Below are positions 22,794 to 32,786 of a stretch of DNA of 64,000 bases, piece after piece. Position 1 is the stretch's first letter, and every line of letters begins with the position of its first letter. The stretch is from an uncultured Verrucomicrobiae bacterium. GTDB lineage: Bacteria > Verrucomicrobiota > Verrucomicrobiia > Chthoniobacterales > UBA10450. A program made the position numbers and the translations under genes. The stretch lies in NCBI GenBank assembly GCA_963815455.1, contig CAWFGO010000003.1:416001-480000 (forward strand). The letters run 5' to 3'. The notes under the pieces were generated by a model. The model was given only the letters and a program-made list of their open reading frames with translations, did no database searches and was not told the origin of the DNA.

Positions 22794-22961
22794 GGGTCGC
22801 CGCGCCACTCTAGCCACATTTGGCTGACCAACCAAAATGAATTCGTAAGCCGCCGGTATTTCTCCTTGAGAGACAGTCCAGCGTTTGGGGCTTGACCAAA
22901 GACCGCCATCCTGTCACAAGCAGCAGCCATAGAGACTTGGCTGATCTTACGAAATGCGCTT

Positions 22962-24458
22962 ATGAGTGGGCGTCTTGTCTTCATTCTGTTCGCGCTCGCC
23001 TTTGTCGATCTTCGACAAACCAAAGCGGCGGAACAGTCGGCTGAGGATAAGCTGAAACAGGCCCAGGCCGAACTGCAGCTTGAACAGACGAAGCTCCAGC
23101 TTGAACAGACAAAAGCGTCCATTGCCGCAAGCCATGCCGCTCAGGTCAGCGCAGCTTTTCCCACGAACAAGGTTACGCCTTTGGAAGGAAAGACAACGGT
23201 CGATCAACAGTACACATTTCCTCCTCTCGTTCTGGCTTATGCCGCCTCGGAACGGATGACCTCCAAAATAGCCGCGCAAATTGCCACCATCATTGAGGAA
23301 CGTCGGGTCAACGCGCGGGCGAGACCGCGTGTTGTGATCTATCAGGCCGGCGACTCCATCCTGGGACAACGAGCAATCTATGCCCAATTAAACAATCGGT
23401 TAGACAGCATTATCGCTAGAATTGACCAGTGCGAAAAAGATTTTGAGGCGGCCAAGTCAGAAATGGCGGCCCTTTCGGATCCAAAGAAGGCAGCTGCTGA
23501 CTATTTGGAGCGAGCAAGATCGTATCTTGCTGCCGAAGCTGCGGCGGCAACTCAAGGTTTGGGTCCGGCCATGATGGCCGGAGCTGGATTTGATGAAGGC
23601 ATAACCGCAGCCAACAGCACCGTCCAATCGATCATTCAATTAATCTCGCTGTTTCGAACCGATACGACAATTGGAGGCGTGGCCATTAACATCGACGTGG
23701 ACGCGATCGCCGCTCAGTTAGGTCATAACCTGCAAAACTCGAGTCTGGCACCGGTGATCAACTACCCATCGCTGATGATGAACGTCGATTCAGCGATCCT
23801 GAAAAAGTTTGGCGAAATGAACGATCGACAAGGATTGCTGACGACGCATACGATCGAGATCGACGCATTCAGCCGCGACCTCGCTCTTGCTGAGGGAGTA
23901 ATTGAGGACCAAATCAAAAAGCAACCGCCGCGACCGGCGCCAGATGATACGGCAAAAATCACGGCATTGGCCATTAGCCTCGCTCAAGAAGATAACCAGC
24001 GGCGGACGGCCACCTTGAACGATCTGAAACAACGAAGCACTTCTCTGGAGCAGTTGGTTAGCGGAATCGATAAAGGTTTGGAGACCGTTGATGAAAAGAC
24101 CGGGATGACGCCTCTCGCTAGCATTATGAAGACGGAAGCTTTAATGGCGGCGCTGGACCAACCAAACACTTATAGCGTTCTCCTCAAGGCGGTCGCGGGT
24201 GGCGGCGCGACCCAAATCGATCGCAATCTTTTCACCGGATCAAGGCTCCGCCAACTTGGCGGCGCGGTTTTTATCACCACTCTCACAGATAACAAGGGAA
24301 CAGTCTTATTCACGGACGTGTCCACGGGTTTTCTTGGCTATTCCAAGCTGAAAAGCATGGGCGGAGCTGTTCGAAACGATGTCACGATTGACGAAGTTGC
24401 CGCCCCGAGGCACGCAGCGACAAAGACCAAGAGTTCTTTCCCAACGGGCGGAAACTAA
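22962..24458 (+). CDS. Hypothetical secreted coiled-coil protein (498 aa)
   Basis: Long uninterrupted ORF, signal peptide, LQLEQTKLQLEQTK heptads. Confidence 0.7.
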   Translation: MSGRLVFILFALAFVDLRQTKAAEQSAEDKLKQAQAELQLEQTKLQLEQTKASIAASHAAQVSAAFPTNKVTPLEGKTTVDQQYTFPPLVLAYAASERMTSKIAAQIATIIEERRVNARARPRVVIYQAGDSILGQRAIYAQLNNRLDSIIARIDQCEKDFEAAKSEMAALSDPKKAAADYLERARSYLAAEAAAATQGLGPAMMAGAGFDEGITAANSTVQSIIQLISLFRTDTTIGGVAINIDVDAIAAQLGHNLQNSSLAPVINYPSLMMNVDSAILKKFGEMNDRQGLLTTHTIEIDAFSRDLALAEGVIEDQIKKQPPRPAPDDTAKITALAISLAQEDNQRRTATLNDLKQRSTSLEQLVSGIDKGLETVDEKTGMTPLASIMKTEALMAALDQPNTYSVLLKAVAGGGATQIDRNLFTGSRLRQLGGAVFITTLTDNKGTVLFTDVSTGFLGYSKLKSMGGAVRNDVTIDEVAAPRHAATKTKSSFPTGGN

Positions 24459-24564
24459 AAGAAGCGGGTGAGCAAAGAGGGCAATCGGCTCCGGCCGCGC
24501 ACTCCATTAACGCGGGATTGGCGTTTTACCGAAACGCCCTACAATTCCTCTGGAACTCCGCGCC

Positions 24565-25173
24565 ATGACTACCGCCAACAAGATCACCGTTATCCGGATC
24601 CTTATGATCCCGGTATTCGTGACACTGGCCATCTATTATGGGCAAAGTGTCCAGCGGGGCGAGCCAGTCGAGTGGCAGCGTTTCGCGGCGATTTTTGTTT
24701 TTCTTCTCGCGGCGGTCAGCGACGGCCTTGACGGCTACGTCGCGCGACGTTACAACCAGCGCAGCACGCTCGGACTTTATCTCGATCCAATTGCGGACAA
24801 AGGCCTTCTTCTCAGCGGGATCATCACCCTGAGCATTAGCAACTGGAACGATGTCGATCCTGCATACGGACGATTTCCGCTTTGGTTCCCGATTCTCGTC
24901 ATCACCCGCGACGTGGTCATTCTCGTCGGCTCCGTGGTTTTGCATCTGCTGATCGGTGACAAGATGCGGGTGAGGCCGCGCTGGCCGGGCAAAGTCGCCA
25001 CGGTTTGCCAAATGGTCGCGATCGGCTGGGTAATGCTGCAATTCCATTTTATCCCCTTGACCTTTGTCGTCGCAGTCGCCGGATTGTTTACATTCGTGTC
25101 CGGGGTGGTTTACGTCATGGACGGCGTCCGCCAGTTGCAAGCCGAAGGACACGCGCACGCCAAGGTCGGCTGA
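24565..25173 (+). CDS. pgsA: CDP-alcohol phosphatidyltransferase (PgsA-like)
   Basis: ANKITVIR, SDGLDGYVARR..G..LDPIADK, GKVATVCQ. Confidence 0.8.
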   Translation: MTTANKITVIRILMIPVFVTLAIYYGQSVQRGEPVEWQRFAAIFVFLLAAVSDGLDGYVARRYNQRSTLGLYLDPIADKGLLLSGIITLSISNWNDVDPAYGRFPLWFPILVITRDVVILVGSVVLHLLIGDKMRVRPRWPGKVATVCQMVAIGWVMLQFHFIPLTFVVAVAGLFTFVSGVVYVMDGVRQLQAEGHAHAKVG

Positions 25174-25188
25174 GCGGGTCCTATCAAC

Positions 25189-26568
25189 GTGATGAAGGCC
25201 ACAAACGGAGTGCCGAACGTCGTAATCGTGGGACGGCCTAACGTCGGCAAGTCGGCGTTATTCAATCGGCTGGCCGGCCGCAAGATCGCGATTGTGCACG
25301 ATCAGCCGGGAATCACTCGCGATCGCATTTCGGCCCTGTGCACCCGCGGGCCCCGGCCATTCATGATCTGGGACACCGGTGGCGTTTTGGGCGCGGGAGA
25401 ATCCGAGCTGACCGGGCAAGTCCGCCGCGGAGTCGAACGGGCAATCAGCGAGGGCGACCTTTTGTTATTCATTGTCGATGCAAAACACGGGCTCTCGCCT
25501 ATCGACAAGGAATTTTCTCGCTTGCTGCGCAAATCCGGCAAGCCGGTGGTGCTGGTCGTGAATAAGATCGACAACGACAAGCACGAGTCGCTGGCGGTTG
25601 ATTTCTACGCGCTCGGCTTCGCGCATTGTCTCCCAATCAGTGCGGAGCACAACCGCGGCATTATCGAATTGATCGACACAATCGATGAAATCTTGCCCGC
25701 TTTCGGGACACGCGACAGCCGGGCTCCGGAACCCACCATCCCGCGCCCGCTCGCACTCGCGATCGTCGGCCGGCCGAATGTCGGCAAGTCCTCTTTGATC
25801 AATGCCATCGCAAAAAGCGAACACGCAATCGTGAGTGAAATACCGGGCACCACGCGTGATGCCGTCGATATCTCCTACGAGCGCGATGGCGACCACTATA
25901 TGCTGATCGACACGGCCGGAATCCGCCGGCGCGGGAAACATTCGACCTCCGTCGAGGTCTTCAGCGTGATGCGCGCGGCCCGCAGTATTCGACGGGCCGA
26001 TCTGTGCGTGTTGATTGTCGATCCTATTAGTGGCGTCACCGCCCAGGACAAGAAGATCGCCGGGCTCATCCAGGAAGCGCGCAAGGCCGCCATCGTCGTG
26101 GTTAACAAATTCGATCTGGTCAAGCCGAAACGCGATGTTCGTAAGGCGATCGATGAAATTATCACGGCAACGCGGGAGCGGCTTTTCTTTGCCGATTACG
26201 CGCCGGTTCTGGTCGCATCCGCGCTCACCGGCGAACACGTACAAAAGTTTTTCCAGATGATCAAACACGTGCGACGGGCGGCAGACGCTCGAATCGGAAC
26301 CGGCGTTTTGAACCGTCTGCTCCGGGCCGCCTTCGCGGCAAATCCGCCGCCGATGAAGCGAGGGAAGCGGCTAAAGTTATTTTACGCAGCACAAGCGGCT
26401 GGAGATGAAGATCGACAACTGCAACCGTCCGAATTTGTTCTCTTCGTGAACAATCCGCGTTTACTCATACAGAGTTACGAACGTTATTTGGAAGGGCGCA
26501 TCCGCGAAGCGCAGCCTTATCCGGGGTTACCGATCCTTTTGACGCTGCGCCCGCGCAGCGAAAGTTAG
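25189..26568 (+). CDS. der: Ribosome biogenesis GTPase Der
   Basis: Two tandem GRPNVGKS G-domains with DTGG/DTAG and NKxD. Confidence 0.96.
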   Translation: MMKATNGVPNVVIVGRPNVGKSALFNRLAGRKIAIVHDQPGITRDRISALCTRGPRPFMIWDTGGVLGAGESELTGQVRRGVERAISEGDLLLFIVDAKHGLSPIDKEFSRLLRKSGKPVVLVVNKIDNDKHESLAVDFYALGFAHCLPISAEHNRGIIELIDTIDEILPAFGTRDSRAPEPTIPRPLALAIVGRPNVGKSSLINAIAKSEHAIVSEIPGTTRDAVDISYERDGDHYMLIDTAGIRRRGKHSTSVEVFSVMRAARSIRRADLCVLIVDPISGVTAQDKKIAGLIQEARKAAIVVVNKFDLVKPKRDVRKAIDEIITATRERLFFADYAPVLVASALTGEHVQKFFQMIKHVRRAADARIGTGVLNRLLRAAFAANPPPMKRGKRLKLFYAAQAAGDEDRQLQPSEFVLFVNNPRLLIQSYERYLEGRIREAQPYPGLPILLTLRPRSES

Positions 26569-26607
26569 GATCGAACATTTAGCGAGAAAATTTGTCTCAA
26601 AACACAC

Positions 26608-27594
26608 ATGAAATCGACTCAGGAAATCACGCACGAAGTGCAACAACTGGGCCAATGGATCCCGGCGCTACGCGAACAGGTCGGGCACGTAGTCATCGGA
26701 CAGAAGTATCTGGTCGATCGGCTCTTGCTTGGTTTGCTGGCTAATGGCCACATCCTGCTCGAAGGCGTTCCCGGATTGGCCAAGACCCTGGCCGTCAAAA
26801 CCATGGCGGGCTGTATTCAGACCGGCTTTCAGCGACTGCAATTCACCCCCGATCTTTTGCCGGCCGATTTGATCGGCACTCTCATCTACAATCCGCGTAC
26901 CGGCGAGTTCACGACCAAGATGGGCCCGATTTTTTCGAACCTGATCCTGGCCGATGAAATCAATCGCGCACCTGCCAAAGTACAAAGCGCGCTACTGGAA
27001 GCGATGCAGGAACGGCAAATCACGATCGGCGAAAAAACGTATCCCCTCCCCGATCCGTTCCTGGTTCTCGCTACCCAGAACCCCATCGAACAGGAAGGAA
27101 CCTACCAGCTGCCGGAAGCTCAACTCGACCGTTTCATGCTGAAGCTAAATGTCGGTTATCCTGGGAAGCCGGAAGAGCGTCGCATCCTCGACTTGATGGC
27201 CACGTCCGCGCCGGACTTGCGGGTCAACCCGGTGATCGAACCGAAACAGATCATCGCCGCCCGCGACATCGTAAACCAGATCTACATCGACGACCGCGTA
27301 AAGGATTACATTGTCGATGTTGTCTGGGCGACCCGTGAGCCGGCGTCGTTCAATTTGCAACTGGAAGGTCTGATTCGTTACGGCGCGTCGCCTCGGGCAA
27401 CTATTTATCTCGCGCTCGGCGCGCGGGCCAATGCATTCGTTAACGGCCGCGGCTACGTCACGCCGCAGGACGTGAAGAGCATCGGCCCGGACGTTTTGCG
27501 GCATCGAATCATCGTCAGCTACGAAGCGGAAGCCGAAGCGGTAACGAGCGAGACGATCATTGAGAGGATTTTCGCGGGATTGCCGGTGCCCTAG
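26608..27594 (+). CDS. moxR: MoxR-family AAA ATPase
   Basis: GVPGLAKT, QFTPDLLPAD, LADEINRAPAKVQSALLEAM, ATQNPIEQEGTY. Confidence 0.95.
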   Translation: MKSTQEITHEVQQLGQWIPALREQVGHVVIGQKYLVDRLLLGLLANGHILLEGVPGLAKTLAVKTMAGCIQTGFQRLQFTPDLLPADLIGTLIYNPRTGEFTTKMGPIFSNLILADEINRAPAKVQSALLEAMQERQITIGEKTYPLPDPFLVLATQNPIEQEGTYQLPEAQLDRFMLKLNVGYPGKPEERRILDLMATSAPDLRVNPVIEPKQIIAARDIVNQIYIDDRVKDYIVDVVWATREPASFNLQLEGLIRYGASPRATIYLALGARANAFVNGRGYVTPQDVKSIGPDVLRHRIIVSYEAEAEAVTSETIIERIFAGLPVP

Positions 27595-27595
27595 G

Positions 27596-28045
27596 GTCAT
27601 CCCGAGCGCTCGCCGCGCCGTAGCGCAGCGGAGGCGGGAAGTCGAGGGATCCCGTGGTGCAACCGAGAAGCTAGGAATGAAAGTCGCAAAATTACTTCGT
27701 TTATATATTAACTAATGGGGATCGCCATACCGTGCTCTACATTGGCGTTACCAACGATCTCGAACGCCGCGGCAGCGAACATTCATTAGAATTCGGGAGC
27801 GCATTTGCGAGGCAATACAACGCGCACAAGCTCATCTATTTCGAAGCTCATCCCGATCCGACGAGTGCAATTGCACGCGAGAAACAACTGAAAGGCTGGA
27901 GTCGCGTTAAGAAGGAGGCATTGATTTCACAGGCAAATCCGGCCTGGAAGGATCTGTTTGACGAGATGTACGCACTTCGGCCAATCGGAGGTTCCCGGTA
28001 ATGCTACGGGATCCCTCGACTTCGCTGCGCGCGGCTCGGGATGAC
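27596..28045 (+). mobile_element. Candidate 450-bp mobile element: GIY-YIG nuclease flanked by GTCATCCCGAGC-type palindromic inverted repeats
   Basis: Perfect inverted matches 27596-27607/28034-28045 (12 bp) and 27638-27655/28006-28023 (18 bp) enclose the nuclease; interrupts the moxR-DUF58 junction. Confidence 0.7.
27677..28001 (+). CDS. Small stand-alone GIY-YIG nuclease; one extra A just after the ATG
   Basis: (MKSQ)NYFVYILTNGDRHTVLYIGVTNDLERR...KLIYFE...AIAREKQLKGWSRVKKEALI...NPAWKDL. Confidence 0.88.
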
Positions 28046-28939
28046 GAGCAGGCAGAAACCACCGCCGGCATCCTGAAAAAGATCAGAACGCTGGAACTCA
28101 AGACCCGCGGCCTGGTCGAAACCGCTTTCGCAGGCGATTACCACAGCGTCTTCAAAGGACGCGGGATGAATTTTGAAGATGTGCGCGAATATCAGCCGGG
28201 GGACGAGATTCGCGCGATCGATTGGAACGTGACCGCGCGCCTCGGCACGGCCTTCGTGAAGCAATTCACCGAAGAACGCGAGCTGACCGTGATGCTGATT
28301 GTCGATGTGAGCGCTTCGGGAAATTTCGGCAGCACCACGCAATCGAAGCGCGAGCTTGCCGCGGAAGTGGCCTGCCTGCTCGCTTTCAGCGCGATCCGAA
28401 ACAACGACAAGGTCGGCCTGCTCTTGTTTACCGATCGGGTCGAGCTTTTCATTCCGCCGAAAAAAGGACGGTCGCACACGTTGCGGGTGATTCGCGAGAT
28501 CTTGTTCTTCACGCCGCAAGGCCGCGGGACCGAGCCGGCGCTGGCGCTCGATTATCTAAACAAGATCGTTACACGGCGCGCGGTCGTGTTTTTTATTTCC
28601 GATTTTCAGGCGCCCGATTTTTCAAAAGCGCTGGCGGTGAGCGCGCGACGCCACGATTTCATCGCGGTCCATATTCACGACGAGCGGGAAAAGGTGCTGC
28701 CGAATATTGGGATCATCACACTGGAAGACGCAGAGACCGGCGAACAAATCGAAATTAACACGGCCGATCGCGCGACCCGGGCGCGATTTGCCCAGGAGGC
28801 CGAAGATCAAGAGGCCGAGCTTGCCCACACACTTCGCCGAAACCGTATCGACTCGATCGCGCTGCGGACCGGACAGGATTACTTGCCCGCGCTGCGCACA
28901 TTTTTCAAACAGCGCGAGCACCGCCTGGCAATTCGCTAA
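28001..28939 (+). CDS. DUF58 (VWA-like) protein of the MoxR/Bat operon
   Basis: SVFKGRGMNFEDVREYQPGDEIRAIDWNVTAR, EERELTV, FFISDF. Confidence 0.92.
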   Translation: MLRDPSTSLRAARDDEQAETTAGILKKIRTLELKTRGLVETAFAGDYHSVFKGRGMNFEDVREYQPGDEIRAIDWNVTARLGTAFVKQFTEERELTVMLIVDVSASGNFGSTTQSKRELAAEVACLLAFSAIRNNDKVGLLLFTDRVELFIPPKKGRSHTLRVIREILFFTPQGRGTEPALALDYLNKIVTRRAVVFFISDFQAPDFSKALAVSARRHDFIAVHIHDEREKVLPNIGIITLEDAETGEQIEINTADRATRARFAQEAEDQEAELAHTLRRNRIDSIALRTGQDYLPALRTFFKQREHRLAIR

Positions 28940-29456
28940 TGACAATGTCGATCCTATTAGCCGAAGAATTTCATGACATTGCGCCCCCTGTCGATTATTC
29001 GCTCATTCCGCCCTGGGTGGTCTTCGTCGGAGTTTTTATAGCGTTCACGATCATAGGGTTACTCATTTGGCTGTTCCTGCGGTCGCGGAAGACTGCGGCT
29101 GCCAATCAAATCGCCGCGGGAACGCGCCCTGGAGCAGCTCGAGCGTATGAAAAACGAGGTGGAAAAAACGCGGCCTTATCGATTCAGCATTCGGGTTTCG
29201 GACGTTCTGCGCCGGTACGTGACCGAGCAATTCAATCTGCCGGTTACGCGCCAGACGTCTGTGGAATTTCTCGATCGCGCTGGCCCAATCCGCGTCGTTT
29301 TCCGAGGACGAAAAGGAGTTGCTCGAAGATTTTCTAAACCGGTGCGACTTGATCAAGTTCGCGCGCTACGACGCGACCACATCGGACAGCCGGTTGCTTT
29401 TGGAGGAAGCGATGCGCTTCGTGAAGGGAGGTCAGCTTGCAACTGCACCTGCTTGA
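28939..29456 (+). CDS. Bat-operon membrane protein (DUF4381-like), two indels
   Basis: FHDIAPP plus TM helix; frame switches near 29100 and 29280 give SDVLRRYV...QTSVEFL...FLNRCDLIKFA. Confidence 0.7.
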
Positions 29457-30498
29457 TTGGTGGCCGGCGAACAGCGCGCTGACCTTCGCTCGCCCGTGGC
29501 TGCTCTTATTGCTGCTGGCAATTCCGCTGCTGGCCTGGTTGCGCGGCAAACGCGGGCCGGCAGCGGCGCTTGACCTTTTCCTCGACCGCCACCCTTCACG
29601 CGATCGGTAAACGAAGTCAGGCCCGGGCGGGAAAAATTCTGCGGACATTGTTACTGGCAACGCTGGCGATTTTCGTCATTGCGCTGGCGCGTCCGCAGCT
29701 CGGCAAAAGTCTCACCCAGGTCGAAGCCAGCGGGATCGACATCATGCTCGTGCTCGATGTTTCGGGATCGATGCTGACGAAGGATTTCACGATCGGCGGC
29801 GAGCTGGCGACGCGAGTGGATGCGATCCGCGAAGTGACGCGCAAATTCATCGAAGGCCGGCCCAACGATCGCATCGGAATCATTGCCTTCGCCGGGCGCC
29901 CCTATGTCGTAAGCCCGATGACGCTGGATCACGATTGGCTTGTGCAAAATCTGGACCGGGTGCGCATCGGATTGGTCGAAGACGGCACCGCCATTGGTTC
30001 GGCGATGGCGGCGGCAGCGAATCGTTTGAACGACAAACAATCAAAGAGCCGCGTCATCGTGCTGCTTAACCGATGGTGAAAACAATGCCGGCAAAATCCC
30101 GCCCAACACGGCGGCGGAAGCGGTAAAGGCGTTAAAGATTCATTTTTATGCGATTGGCGCCGGGACCAACGGCCTGGCCCTGGCGCCGGTATTTACGCCG
30201 CGCGGTCCGCTGACCGATCCGTTCGGCAACCTTGTTTACGAAAGACAGCGCGGTTCAATTCAACGAGACCGGCTTGAAAGAAGTCGCGAAGATCGCCGAT
30301 GGAAAATTTTTCCGCGCGACCGATACCAAATCGCTCGAACAAATTTATGACGACATCGACAAGATGGAAAAAACGACCATCAACGTGAAGAAATATCAGG
30401 AGTATCGCGACTTGTTTCCGCTCTGTCTCATGAGCGGTCTCGGCTTACTGGTTGCGCAGATTTTGTTGTCGCAAACGATTTGGAAGAAATTGCCGTGA
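29437..30498 (+). CDS. batA: BatA VWA-domain protein, about three indels
   Basis: TFARPWLL, ALARPQ, MIDAS DVSGSM, DRIGIIAFAG, GTAIG, TDGENN after frame correction, FFRATD. Confidence 0.85.
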
Positions 30499-30509
30499 AT
30501 CGCCTCATT

Positions 30510-30601
30510 GTCATTCCGAGCGAAGCGAAGCGAAGTCGAGGAATCCCGCGACCGAACCGAAGGACTATTCTACGGGATCCCTCGACTTCGCTCGGGATGA
30601 C
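30510..30601. repeat. GTCAT(T/C)CCGAGCG-type inverted-repeat element (non-autonomous)
   Basis: GTCATTCCGAGCGAAGCGAAGCGAAGTCGAGGAATCCCG...CGGGATCCCTCGACTTCGCTCGGGATGAC. Confidence 0.9.
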
Positions 30602-30613
30602 CGGAATTACATT

Positions 30614-32754
30614 ATGAGCTTTGGCGCACCACAATGGTTCTGGGGATTGCTTCTGATCCCTGTGCTGATCGCGTTGTTCGTTCGCGCGGAACATCGCGCA
30701 GCCGAGCGTTTGCGGGAATTCGTTTCCGCGCGTTTGCTTCCGCAGCTTGCCGGCACGGTGAATCGCCCGCGGCGCGTGCTGCGGTTCGCTCTGCAGCTTC
30801 TCGGTCTGGCGTTCGTCGTCTTGAGCCTGGCTCAGCCGCGATGGGGCTACACTTTTGAAGATGTAAAACGCAAAGGCCTCGACCTGCTGATCGCGGTGGA
30901 TACATCGCGCAGCATGCTGTCGAACGATGTTGCGCCAAACCGCCTCGAACGCGTCAAACTGGCCGCCCATGATTTGATCGACGAACTGCAGGGCGATCGC
31001 GTGGGGTTGATTGCTTTTGCCGGTCGCGCCTTTTTGCAAGCGCCGCTTACGATCGATTACGGTGCGGCCACGGAATCGATCAACGATCTCGATACAAAAA
31101 CGATTCCGGAAGGCGGGACAAACATTTCCGAAGCGATCACGCTGGCCACCACGACCTTCGGCAAAAGCGCGATGGGAAATCGGGCGCTGATCATTTTTAC
31201 CGATGGCGAGGAGTTGAGTGGCGATGCCGTTAAAAGCGCGAAGGCCGCCGCCGACGCCGGAGTGCGCATTTTCACCGTGGGCGTGGGCACGCCGCAAGGC
31301 TCGCTCATTCCGCTCGCCAGCGACGATGGCGGGTCCGCATTCGTAAAGGATTCCGCGGGCCAGGTCGTGAAGTCGAAGCTGGACGAAAAAGTTTTGGATG
31401 AGATCGCGAAAGCCGCCGGCGGATTTTATCTGCACCTGGAAAACGGTCCGCGCACGATGCAACAATTTACTCGGACGGGCTGGCAAAAATGACGGCGGCC
31501 GAGATCGACGCGCGTTTGTCGAGAAAACCGATCGAACGCTACGAATGGCCTCTCGGAGCGGCGCTTGCCGCTCTCGCCTTGTCGATCCTAATTGGCGAAC
31601 GCAAACGCGTGCGCGCGCCGGCTCCGATTTCCGCGCCAGTCAGAATCGCCGCAGCGGCAACCATGATCGCAGCGTTTTCCCAGTTCGCTTCCGGCGCGGC
31701 CCCGGGCCTCGACGCTTATGAGAACGGCAAGTTCAACGACGCTTACAATGCCTTTCAAGAAACGTTAAAAACGCATCCTCAATCGCATGCCAAGGATGAG
31801 TTGCAATTCGACTCCGGCGCTGCCGCTTACAAGATGAAAGATTACGGCAAGGCGCTCGAGTTGTTCAGCCAGGCGTTGCTTTCGCCCGATGCCGGTTTGC
31901 AGAGCAAGAGCCATTACAATCTCGGGAACACGCTTTACCAGCGCGGCGAAGAACAGAAAGCGGAACAGAAGAAACTGGGCGACTGGACGAACGCCCTCGC
32001 CCATTACAACGAGACACTCAAGATCGAACCGAACAACAAGGAGGCGAAAGACAATTACGACTACGTAAAAAAGAAGATCGACGAGCTCAAAAACAAAAAG
32101 AAGGAGCAGCCGACGCCTACGCCTTCCCCGCAGGAAAATAAGCAGAACCAACAGAATCAGCAGTCGCAAGACCAGCAGCAAAAAGGGGATCAGGGCCAGC
32201 AACAACAGCAAGACCAGCAGCAGTCCCAGAATCAACAATCTCAAAAAGAGAAAGAACAAAACCAGGAGAAGCAGCCACAATCGAAGAGCGAGCCGGAAAA
32301 ATCCGAACAGTCCAAGCCCAGCGAAACCTCATCGCCGACTCCTTCTCCGGGCGAGCAGAAGCAGGATCAGAAGGAAAAGGGCGAAGGTGAGCAGCCTTCT
32401 CCGACACCCGGGCCGGGGTCACCGACCCCGGCTACAACTCCGACGCCGGGCGAAAACGAAAATGGAAGTCCGTCGCCTTCGCCAAACACCGGGGAAGGCT
32501 CGGGCGAAAAGACAACACCATCTCCTGCTCCGTCCGGGTCGCCCCAGAAAAAACTGGCAGGTGAATTGAAGGAGGCCGGTGAGGAGAAGCCGAAGGCGGA
32601 CCAGACTGCGGAAGTTGGCGAAGCCGAACCAGAGAAGGAAGGCCAGATGAGCGAGAGTCAAGCGCTGGCCTTGCTCCAGTCGATGAAGGACGAGGAGGCG
32701 CGGGTCCGGCTTGATGAACGCAAGGCTGCGCGCCATGTCTATAAGGATTGGTAA
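30614..32754 (+). CDS. batB: BatB (VWA)-BatC (TPR) protein with Q/P-rich linker; indel near 31465
   Basis: LAQPRWG, DTSRSML, TDGEE; second frame has TPR HYNLGNTLY and terminal KDW. Confidence 0.82.
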
Positions 32755-32786
32755 TCGAATGTTTGATGTTAGATGTTTGAGGTAAG

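Noticed and set aside
32100..32620. Q/P/S/E-rich low-complexity tract as a novel repeat protein
   Set aside because: Typical BatC linker; only the embedded 25-bp palindrome is notable
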